A stretch of 61,964 nt of DNA, counting the filler, from Perkinsus olseni (lineage: Eukaryota): the NCBI GenBank assembly GCA_013115125.1. It is 11 parts of 11 records of this genome, joined end to end, with 100 filler letters (N's around TTAATTAATTAA, not from the genome) between each part and the next. Parts side by side here need not be neighbours in the genome. Positions count along the whole stretch, not along the records: positions 22,860 to 28,406 come from JABANN010001179.1; positions 28,507 to 34,043 come from JABANN010001180.1; positions 34,144 to 39,661 come from JABANN010001181.1; 8 more parts are not named here. One strand, 5' to 3'. The notes under the pieces are model-generated. The model saw nothing but the letters and a program-made list of their open reading frames with translations. It made no database searches and was not told the DNA's origin. This document shows positions 25,668-36,236 of this stretch, in pieces (position 1 is the stretch's first letter; every line of letters begins with the position of its first letter). Made by a program: the position numbers and the translations under genes.

Positions 25668-28334
25668 GATCGATGACGGGCTGAAATCTAGTAAAGAGGT
25701 ATCCAACAAGCGATACTGTTATCGGAACTTCCGATTCGGAAGGACCTCAATTACGACGAGGAAAGCCACCCTGAATTCCAGTGGAATTATTCCATGACGA
25801 GGAAAAGATCTCGACCAGACCGGGACAGCTCGACAAGGGTGAATTTGACGAACTGCTGTCTCCGTCTGCTGCTTCCCTGTGGCGGGAGGTCGAAACTAAG
25901 CCTTAGTTACTAAGGGGTTTGTGAGAGAATGTCTCGATATAAAGAGAGTTTCTCCAGTCCGTGGGTTCTGTGGGGATGTGGTTCGCTGTGCCCCGAATGA
26001 GCCTGACAGAACCCAGCGGGATTGGGCCTGGCACCAGCCGTAGTGGCGGCGTTCGTCATGCGTGCACATGCATGGCAGGACATGTCGATCAGAGCAGTTC
26101 ACAGCGGCGTTGCATTTCGGGCCTCGGCATTGTGCTACTGGCGATCCTATTGAGAATAGCTAACCGTTTCAGTCCGTGTTGACCTCCCGTATTCCACGTC
26201 AGTAACGCTGGGGCGTTGCACTTTCGTCTGATCTAGCCTCGCTAGGTGCATCCTGGCGCTGCGCCAGTGGCGCTTGAAGCGCCGCGCTTCTCTACCCGCA
26301 TGCAGGCGTGGAGAGCTCATAATCGTGCCACAGCTTTGTCTTGTCCGCTCCCACTTACGTGCAAACGGGCCTTCCTGGACAGCAGTTAAACTGCGTTCCA
26401 TTGTAAGCTCCGACTCTGGAAAATATCCTTGTGTACGCGTATGAATTGCCTGCCCATGTTGGGCGGGCGTCGAAATAGATGAGTCGAAGGTTTAAGTACA
26501 GAAGCCCTGCCCGCGATAATACCCCTGTTGTAGGCGTCTTCTGTCGATAACGTCGGTCAAACATGTCCAGATACAACTACGAGTCCTCAACGCCGAATTC
26601 TCGACTCACACAAAACGCACAATGAGACTATGTCGTATGGCAAGGCATGGTCTATCGCATGTCCAGCTGATGATCGCCAAAGTCGAAGAGCTTCATGAAT
26701 TTGTCGATCTCCAGGACGCCATCTGTGAAGGATATGATCAGGCCAGCAGAGGACGGAGGGGCGGTACAGACACTTCACCGTAGCGCGAACCGCTCATCCT
26801 TCACGAGATGCAAGGTGTAGAGCCCTAGTTCAAAAGGAATGCGAACGCTGACGCAGGAATAATGTCAAGCCATATCACACGCCTTGATCCCGATATTCTG
26901 CGACCGAGCCTCGGTCCCTCCCGGAGACATCCAAGATCGCGAGCCTCAAATCTTCGAAATAACATGAGTGAACAATGCTGAAGTTGGTCATCCGCCGCAT
27001 CATGGTACGCACTGAATGACGCGCTGCGATTACATCACGAACGAGGAAGGGAGCCAACAAGCATGCCTCCATTGCCCACTTTTCTCGGTGTCACAGCAGA
27101 GCATGACCCTATCCACCTCCGAGTCGGTGAGTATCTGTGGAGGAGCCCAATCCAAAACCAGTACACGATTTTCAAAAGGACATCTACGTGAGCTAGCCGA
27201 AACGTCTTCAACAGAGTATGAATCAAGTCTGCAAATCTAATTACAGTTCCTTGTGAAGGCTGCGAAGCGAAAGACCGCCATATCGATCCGTCAAAGGTGC
27301 CGAACACGCGCTCATGGCTCCCGGCTGAGCGCTAATGACCACCACAACGGGAAAACTCCACTGCAACCTCTGCATTCTCAGCGAGCGCTTACCCCTCGAG
27401 TGCCCAGTTCTTCTCTGACGGTCCTCCACAATTCCAAACGCGAAAGAATCCCCTTGCGGGCTTTGTCGGACTGTCGTCGGAACGGCCATGCCGTATCTGA
27501 GAGGTCACCAACGAACTCTTTCCGGAAGGCACGTCAAGTTAAAGGATGGGGAATCTTTTGAACGGGACAGAGGTCCGAACTCACCGTGAGGGAATTTCTC
27601 ACGCAGCAGAGTACCCACAATTGAGAGGATCTCTGAATCAGTCCGCTCGACACCTGAGGACGTTCCAAGGTCTTGCCACCCGACGGAGCTCTCTCTATCT
27701 CGCACGTAGGCCATTGCGTTCCAAATACGGAGGGCTGGGCGCAAAAAAGCGGTTCCTCGGTCGGGTGGCTCGGCTTCAATACCACACGGCGTGTGGACAC
27801 GGAGCAATAAGGACAATGGGCTTCGAATTCTGCCGGGCTCAGCCCTCTCGCCCTCAGGGCTCGGAGACCGAAACCAACCACGTAGTCCGGGCCTCGGAAA
27901 TTCCGAGTCGGAATACTTCGGTGGACTCAGTTGAATACACGCTTTTCACACCGTCTACCTATGCGTGGAGAGTCATCACGGCGCCTAGCAGAATGTGACG
28001 CTGGAGATCCATCGACTGAACTGTCAGCGCGGAACATCGGAGATATTGCCCTTATCTTGGCCTGGGACCTGACCAAACCCTAGGACCGCCGCAGCACAGT
28101 AAAGCACCACGTCTCAGCACCGCTCATATGCCGCGGAGCCTACTTTAGTCTAGGCGAAGCTGCCACGACAGGCAGCTGTGGTCGAGCGGTCTCCTTCGCT
28201 TCTGCTATGCCAGCGGTATCGGTGGGTACCCAGTGATGTGCCTGAAGGCCGCCTCTCTGATGGGAACATGGAGGCAAGGGGTAGTGCTTCTGTCACCGAA
28301 CGAGCGGTGCCTTTATCAACTGCATCTTTCCTGA

Positions 28335-28406
28335 TTGCGGAGCGAGCGAAGCGAGCGGAGCATATACTGTCACTTCTGCGCTTTTTTGTGCGTTCGTTCG
28401 TTCGTT
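28335..28406 (+). mobile_element. Putative Helentron/HINE-like non-autonomous element end
   Basis: GAGCGAGCGAAGCGAGCG...ATATACTG followed by a (CGTT)n microsatellite at the contig break, resembling DINE-1/HINE architecture. Confidence 0.45.
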
Positions 28407-29977
28407 NNNNNNNNNNNNNNNNNNNNNNNNNNNNNNNNNNNNNNNNNNNNTTAATTAATTAANNNNNNNNNNNNNNNNNNNNNNNNNNNNNNNNNNNNNN
28501 NNNNNNCCTCACGAGGGAAAGACGGGCCGCTATCACCGAAATAAGATGTCACGCGGCAGAGACGGGCAACCAGTAGCTGCCTAGGGGACCAACTGGTGGT
28601 CACGTCAACAGCGTCAGCTGATGTGGGGTTGGGAGACGGCCCGGCCATTGCAGGGCTTCAAGTCGAGAAATCCCTGAACCATTCCGGTGGCTGAACCCGA
28701 AGCAGAACTGGTCGACTATCTGCATGATATTCGTGATATTCGCAAATCGAAAAATATTGTCGACAAGCACTGCGCTAGTCGAAAACAGAGCCTGATGTGT
28801 TCACCGATCAGTTCACATCTCTTGACAGGATTCGATACCGCTAGGCCGCCCACGCCTTGACAGTCGGCAAAACGTAAATGCTCGCTGCTCTGAGGACCTG
28901 ATCGCCTGCATTGAGCTGAGAAATTCTCATTGAGAACCTCCGGGACTCTACGAGAAAGCTGCGCCTCTTTCGCTAGCGATTGAGTGACCGATAACTCAAC
29001 GCTCATGCTGCGCCATCGGAGATTTAATGTGAAGACCATGGGGCTCTCCTATACCGCTGCGATAAACTCCGAGACCCTTAACCTTGTTGGCTTTATCGGC
29101 TGAGCAAACTAGAATTAGCGGCAGCGAATAAGATATTGGATTTGCGGTATCGAGAGCGACAGCGTTTTCGAGTTAGCATGCTACATATGCACTTTAGCAA
29201 AGTCAAGCCATATAGAAGAATCACGCGGGCAACTGGGATAGTATCCACTGCACGGTTAGAGAAGCAATTGTCGTAAACTCGACATTATTGCGGCTCAGTC
29301 AAGGGCCTACGTTGATGCTTCTGGAGCACATATACGATTTCCTTTCGAGTTTGCCATACACTGGTCCGTCGTCTTACTCATAGGGCGATTTGCCGGGGCG
29401 TATTATACAAGACAGCGAAAGTAACAACGATGATAACGAGAATTAGAATCCGCCCGGTTCTTCCCTCTGTATTGGGAACCGACGAGTCACAGTTACTATG
29501 GACGGCATACGCGTACACGAACGACGACTAGTATGAAAACTCTCATGTCGTACGTTTCCTACGAGACCATATCGTAGGAAACGTAACTCAACGTAATTTT
29601 CCTTAGGTTGATCATAAGATTACGTCGACTACAGAAGGTGAATCTGATGATCCCAGTATCTTCTAGAGCCTAGCAGCTAAACACACTCCCATCAGCTCTG
29701 ACACTGTACGTGAACTCAACGCTGAAAAAGAGAAGGGGACAGGAATTCCCTCGAAAAGTGTTAATCATAGTAATACTGTTCCTCACAGCCAACCGATCAT
29801 AAATCATCAGATCTCTCAAGATAACCCGAGCTGAGGAGCCTAGGGCGGTGGAACACTCGTACTATCACCATAGGGCACAGTAAGTAGGAGAACGCCACTT
29901 AAAACATCCTCTCCGATGATGATGACGCATAATCATGAAAACATTACAATATTCTACACGCCTTCATCAACACAACT

Positions 29978-30845
29978 TCAACTAGTTTGCGTCCTCCCCT
30001 CTTCTGATGCTCCGCCCTGGTGCTGTTCCTGATACCGCTGTTTAGACAGCCTACGTCGCGTTATGGCGTCGTCAACGTTGAATTGGCCCTGAAAACAGAC
30101 CCCCAATCGCCAAAATTTTCATTAACATCATTACTCGACCGGGGACTATTGAGCCACTCCGATCTGTTTGGGTAGATCAGGCCAGTGAAATAACTACCTG
30201 TAAAATCCTATGTATTATCTCCATCGCCTTTTCTATTTTCACACTATCCCCCTTGATCGTCAGCGGCCTCGGCTGTCCAGGAACTCCCGATTTTTCCATA
30301 TCAACTTTCGCACCCGAATCATTCTGCAACGCCCACAGCACTACGCCGCCTGGTCCCACAATTGAGCCTATGCTCTCATAGGGGATACTGAGCACCCTCA
30401 CCCCGGGTGCATCTGTCATGTGTATCGGGACCATGCCCCCGGCCGCGACCCCACCGTGCTGCTGCTGCTGTTGAGACGGCGGTGGAGGCATTCCCAGTGG
30501 CTGCTGTTGCTGCTGCATACCCTGGTTGTTCATCGGAGCCATCATCGGTGCTGTGGTAGAGGGTGGGCTCATCATCATACCATAATGATGTCTTGAAGGC
30601 ATCGATATTGGCTGACCCGCATGCTGAGGAGGAACGCCCTGCATCTGGCGTTGCTGCTGTTGTTGGTGCTGCTGATGTTGTTGACGGCTATTGTAAGTAG
30701 CCGAGTTGCCAGGAGTTGATGCACGACTCAGTGGTGTACTGAGAGAGAGCAAAGGCAAGAGAGCCATCAACAGTCCGCAGCCATCGATACGGTCACCAAC
30801 CACGATAGAGCGGAAAAGAGAGCATCGAAAACGGAAGCGAAACAA
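29978..30845 (-). CDS. Gln/Pro-rich KH-domain RNA-binding protein (module 2); final exon about 29978-30088, start uncertain
   Basis: LSIPYESIGSIVGPGG...DSGAKVDM...LTIKG is a type I KH domain, spliced to GQFNVDDA...stop. Confidence 0.8.
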
Positions 30846-32117
30846 ATTGACTAGCTCACTATCGTCATCGTGCTATTCAGGATTGCCTCGACCTACCTAC
30901 CGCGCTATACGGCACAGTGGATCTTGTGAATACAACAGCATGCGAGGATCGTGTGAGGTTACAATTGATTACTAATCATTAGAACTTCTAAGCCTACTTC
31001 GTTCCTCAGGTTGAGCGATGAGAATGATCAGTAGCCAGACCATCATTGTCACAGTGCCAGCGAAGAGGAAGCCCGTCAATCTCACCATTCTACATTTTCT
31101 CTCAACAGAATGTTTCCCGACTATTCCCGATTATTACCCGCCAGCCCTCTCCACCGCTCTACCAATATCATACGTACCATCCAACACCGACATCGCCATG
31201 TCATAACCGCTAGCGACTTGTGGACTCATGCCGGATATAGTAAGTGCGCGAGGATCCCTCGCGTTCTCACTGCCAGCAGCAGGGGCCGCTGAGAGAATGC
31301 AATGGTCAACTTCGAATCTTCGAGTAGTGTTGCTCACGCCAATGACACTACTATCCCTCACACTGATAAGAGAACACTCGATAGTGCACCGGTAGATAAC
31401 AGCGGAGGAAACTTATATCTTTCGTAGCGCCCAAATACTGAGCATCCCGAGGGGAACGTTGCGATGAGTAGAACCCCTGCAGTGGTCGCTCTTGCTACAT
31501 GAGCGATACTCCAGTTGATGGGTACTATGGGACAAGGGAGAAGCTCCGAAGAACTACAAGCACAACTCATCAATGATGGCCGTTACGATGCGAAAAAGAC
31601 TAAATTTGTGAGTATTTATTCCCGTATCATTATTCAATCATTTAACTTTCAATATGTCCCTGATGACTCCATAAGATACTACGTTCCATATCAACCTTCG
31701 CTCCACTATCCAACTGCAGAGCCCTCAATACTGCACCCTTCGGACCGACCAAGTTGCCGACGTGCTCCACGGGCACGTAAATAACCTATCATACGCATGG
31801 AAGCAACCATCTTCGAAATACTATCGGCCCTCGCCACTGTTCTAGTCGCCATCACCGTGAACGACTGTAACGAGAACTCGCCTAGCGTAGCGATACTACC
31901 AAGGTGCAGCGTGTTTCAAGAGATCCATCCCTGACAGCGATCACTCTCTGTTCGAAACTAATCGCCACATCCCTCAACTGCAGGCCGGTAGAGCTATGCT
32001 CGGTCGCGGTCAAGAAAGTAAGATGAGCTCCAACGCATTGCTAGAGCGCATACTAGCAGATCCCGACAGGCAAAAATGACCTGCACACTCTTAGAGCTCC
32101 AGACCAGGCTGTGTTGT

Positions 32118-33226
32118 TTAGTGTAGTGTTTTCATCCCCAGCACGGAAATTCTCGGAGCCCCGCCTTGCACCCGCACGCACGGCCTTACCCTCTTCTCTT
32201 GGATACTGGGGTCAGCATGTCTGCCAGCATATCCTCCTCTACCCTGTCCACCCACAGCCATCGACTTGGCCCTTCGATCCTGCTCCTGCTGTAGTAGTGC
32301 AGCGTCAACGTTGTAATGCCCTTCCATAACGTCATGGACCATCCAAACTGCAGCTGCCACTTGGTCCGTCCCTCCAACCAGGGCAAGCTCCTGATCTCCA
32401 CCGCTGGTTCTCTCCTGTCTCGGCGCTATATCCAACTTGGCACCAGAGTCGCGCTGTATCGCCCTTATGACAGCTCCCCGAGGGCCCACCACCGACCCTA
32501 CGCTTGATTCGGGTATAGTAAGGGTCTAAAGTCGAAAGGCTAATTCACGATGACCCAGTGGGTCCGTAAGATGCTCCAAAAGCCAGGACGCCCCCATCCA
32601 GAGTGAAGGCTCAACAGCCGCAATCAACCCACCACTTAAACCTACTCGCTGTAGGCTCGGCGACAAAGATGCGGTACAACACGATTTACACGGATACTAT
32701 CTCCATTCAAAAGAGTTCGAAAAAGGGGGACCGATCGACCTCTACGCAGTAGGTGAGTGTCGAGAATAACCACTACTACCCTGCGCTCATAACCGTCTGG
32801 AAGATCTCCTTTATGCGTTGATAATACTGCAGAGATGTATTCATGTATTCTATTACGGCAGTCATCCAGGCAACCCTGGGTATCTAAACAGAATAACGAC
32901 GATTAATCTGCTGGATTGACACAGAGAGAATCATGTCCGTCATAGTCCTCAACGATCGCCAACGAGTGCAGCTACTACCACTAAACTACACCACCCTTGA
33001 CGTTCCTACTGGTAGCCAACTTGAGCACAGTAATTCCTTGGGAAGAATCCTGTTGTTGATTGCCATTGTTGTTGTTACTGCCACCGCCACCCCCGACGTG
33101 CACGACACAACGACTCTGTGCCTGTATCTCAGCCAGGTGCTGCATGACCTTCTTAACTGCCATTGGAGGGCATACTATAGCCTCCTGGTAGCGCCCAGGG
33201 AGAGATTGTGCGGAATTACCACCTAA
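32118..33226 (-). CDS. KH-domain protein exons (module 1); either a separate paralog or the 5' part of the gene at 29978-30845
   Basis: IPESSVGSVVGPRGAVIRAIQRDSGAKLDI, with an upstream exon-like ORF at 32981-33226. Confidence 0.7.
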
Positions 33227-35132
33227 AGAGAGTGCAATGGCCAATACATTAGCACCATCGCAATACAAGCACAGAGTACCGCTAGTGTTCCCCTCACCAC
33301 TGCGTTCCACTCCCGTATTTCCCGTACCGCATTTTTTGCGAAGTTCACACCAAGGATCACTCATGGCCGAGTCGACAGTGCTCCGTATAAAGGTGATGCC
33401 CAGCCCGAATATTTTACATAAGTTCTCATCTTCTGTACCCCACCCAGGTCAATAACGCATGAAACGAATTACTCCATTACGGCTCGAAGCACATGGTTCT
33501 TCAAATTCCAACAGCGGTGAAGCAAATTTATTGAAGCAGTGCATGACGGATTATCCGATGGGGCGTGTTTGAGCGTACCGACAATAGGCGAGGGCTGACG
33601 ATAAGGCCACCATAATTATTATCACTCACCCTGGTCAACTCTCGGACGTTTACGGTCGGCTTCTTCACTGTTGAGCATTCTATTCTGTCGAGGAAAGAGG
33701 CCCAATTCAAATACTGAATCGTAACGAGAAAGGAGCGTCTAAATTGTCAAATTGATTGTGATAACAATCAACTCAAATCCTCAACAGACGAGAAGCATCA
33801 AGTCAAAGGCGTCGAGATGACACAGACCGTGGAGATGAGTATAATGCTGAGAATTGGTATCCACGAAAATAAATTTACCAACGTTAATCACTTTGCTACG
33901 TAACACAGCGGTGAAGTTGCGCTTGAAAAACTCCATCACAATGAAGCTCCCAGGCTCGAATCCCACGGAGTGCGCGGTCGTGCGCGGGGTGTGGCGATAG
34001 ACGTTGCAGGAACAGCGCAAGACGCCATCGCCTGTGGAGAAAGNNNNNNNNNNNNNNNNNNNNNNNNNNNNNNNNNNNNNNNNNNNNTTAATTAATTAAN
34101 NNNNNNNNNNNNNNNNNNNNNNNNNNNNNNNNNNNNNNNNNNNCATGTCAAAGCTTCGTACCAACAGAGTTATCTCAATTTTAGCGATTTGCATATCAAA
34201 ATGGCACACACTGTATGATGCCAATTGCCAGGCATTTAGTCGACAAGGGCGAGTGGAAGCTCGTGAGGAAAGTCCCAGCCCCGTGGCCTGCCTTTGTCTT
34301 TGTGGTGAGCCCCTTGATTTGCTGTGGCTCGTCGTCGAAGATGGTGCATCGTCCGTCAGGTGAGCCATGATATCTCGGCCGACCGCCTGGCGGCCATCAA
34401 AGAAGTTGTCATCAGTGTTCATCGAGAGATTGAGCGAATGCTTAAGGATCGAGACATGACGCTAAACTTCATATCCGAGCTGTGGGAGCGTATTCTGAAG
34501 CAACGGGGACATCACTGTTAGGTACAACATGTCCCTCGACGACACAGCTAATTGGATGAAGGATGTCAAGTGGCAATGCAATACTGAAGTCGATCGAGCC
34601 GTAGGGAGTTTCGCTGTGTTTCGAGTTGCATGGTTTGATTGCTTCAGGCTCTAGCATTGGCCCGAGATGCTTTGCGTGACTGCGGTATTGTCGACAAAAA
34701 GGCCGAAGTCAGGCCTGATGAGCTTATCGTCACTGGCTCTTGTGCGTTCGTCGAGTCCTAGATTCCATGTTTTCCCGGCTGCATCAGCCCTAGCCATTGT
34801 TTCCGAGAACAGTGTCTCTATTTTCTTCTAGTAAATCACCGACTCTTGTTGACCACATATATTTGCACAGTGATCTCCTTCTCAAAAGGCCTCAGTCGTA
34901 GGTTTTCCAGTTCCTTGCCCTCTAGGGATCGTCTATGCCTCATAGTCTCCACGGTGGCCCGTAAGGTCACACTCCCATTTTAAGCGACACACAGGTGCTG
35001 CTATACTCTTCTACACCATTACCCGCGGAAGTTGGACGAGTCGAAAAGGAAGATAGACAATGTTACAAGTACATCCGACACTGAGTATGCAAGTTCGACA
35101 AGAGCCGAAATATTTTGCGTCAAACTTGCATA

Positions 35133-35204
35133 TGACCCCGGCCCGAGTTAAAGGGACAACCTTCTAATCTAGAGTCAGAAGCGCTACCATTGGGCCACAG
35201 GGCG
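35133..35204 (-). tRNA. tRNA-Trp-derived copy with CTA (amber) anticodon; probable pseudogene
   Basis: Minus strand reads TCTGA-CT-CTA-GA-TTAGA. The T loop is altered to TTTAACT and base 1 is mismatched. Confidence 0.6.
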
Positions 35205-35489
35205 AAGCTAGCCATCTGGAATAAGATGCGCTACCGTTGCGCCACAGGGCCAGGCTATGCAAAGCCGGGCAGGCTGCGAGGCGAGTCGCTTGGTTAATCC
35301 CTATCAGTGGACCACAAGCTAGCTAGGTATATGACCCCGGCCCGATTCGAACGGACAGCCTTCTGATCNNNNNNNNNNNNNNNNNNNNNNNNNNNNNNNN
35401 NNNNNNNNNNNNNNNNNNNNNNNNNNNNNNNNNNNNNNNNNNNNNNNNNNNNNNNNNNNNNNCACTGGACCACAAGCTAGCTAGGTATA

Positions 35490-35561
35490 TGACCCCGGCC
35501 CGATTCGAACGGACAGCCTTCTGATCGGGAGTAAGATGCGCTACCGTTGCGCCACAGGGCC
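35490..35561 (-). tRNA. tRNA-Trp body with CCC anticodon
   Basis: GGCCCTGTGGCGCAACGGTAGCGCA-TCTTA-CT-CCC-GA-TCAGA-AGGCTGTCCGTTCGAATCGGGCCGGGGTCA. A and B boxes are intact; one anticodon-stem mismatch. Confidence 0.7.
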
Positions 35562-35640
35562 AAGCTATGCAAAGACGGCAGGCTGCGAGGCGAGTCGCTT
35601 GCTGAATCCCTATCAGTGGACCACAAGCTAGCTAGGTATA

Positions 35641-35712
35641 TGACCCCGGCCCGATTCGAACGGACAGCCTTCTGATCGGGAGTAAGATGCGCTACCGTTG
35701 CGCCACAGGGCC
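35641..35712 (-). tRNA. tRNA-Trp body with CCC anticodon, identical to 35490-35561
   Basis: Same 72-nt sequence, 151 bp further along. Confidence 0.7.
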
Positions 35713-35791
35713 AAGCTATGCAAAGACGGCAGGCTGCGAGGCGAGTCGCTTGCTGAATCCCTATCGGTGGACCACAAGCTAGCTAGGTATA

Positions 35792-35863
35792 TGACCCCGG
35801 CCCGATTCGAACGGACTCCCTTCTGATCTGGAGTCAGATGCGCTACCGTTGCGCCACAGGGCT
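35792..35863 (-). tRNA. trnW: tRNA-Trp(CCA)
   Basis: Perfect anticodon arm TCTGA-CT-CCA-GA-TCAGA and GTTCGAATC T loop; the 1:72 pair is an A/C mismatch. Confidence 0.85.
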
Positions 35864-36236
35864 AAGCCACGCAAAGTCGGGCAGGCCGCGGGGCGAGTCG
35901 CAAGCGCCGTTCTTGTCCTGCTAAATCCCAATCGATGACCCACAAGCAAGATAGGTATATGACCCCGGCCCGATTCGGCTTGGAAGTTTGCCTTGCGCCA
36001 CCGCGCCGCGCGGTCCGCGCACTAAGGTCTTGCCACATTTCCAATGTGCCTTGTTCTGGCCGATTGGCAAGGTGAGAAATATGTGCAGCATGGCACCGCA
36101 GCTAGCGAGTTCGAGAGTGAACAACGACATCGACTTACCCAACTTCAACGTCAATACAACAGGGATCCAATATGTGAAAGCTCACTATTCGTCGCTGAAC
36201 AAGTCTGTGAAAAACGATTCGATTAAATGGAGCGCA

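Larger units (their letters stand above)
35133..35977 (-). repeat. Tandem array of tRNA-Trp-like genes, 151-bp unit, containing an internal assembly gap
   Basis: Full copies at 35133, 35490, 35641 and 35792. Partial copies at 35214-35251, 35332-35368 and 35960-35977. The spacer is conserved. Confidence 0.92.

Noticed and set aside
25900-28000. Decayed gene or transposase on the minus strand
   Set aside because: Fragmented ORFs with no motif I can identify.
35209-35219. Spliced-leader relic (TAGCCATCTGG)
   Set aside because: Only about 11 nt match, overlapping a broken tRNA copy; probably chance.
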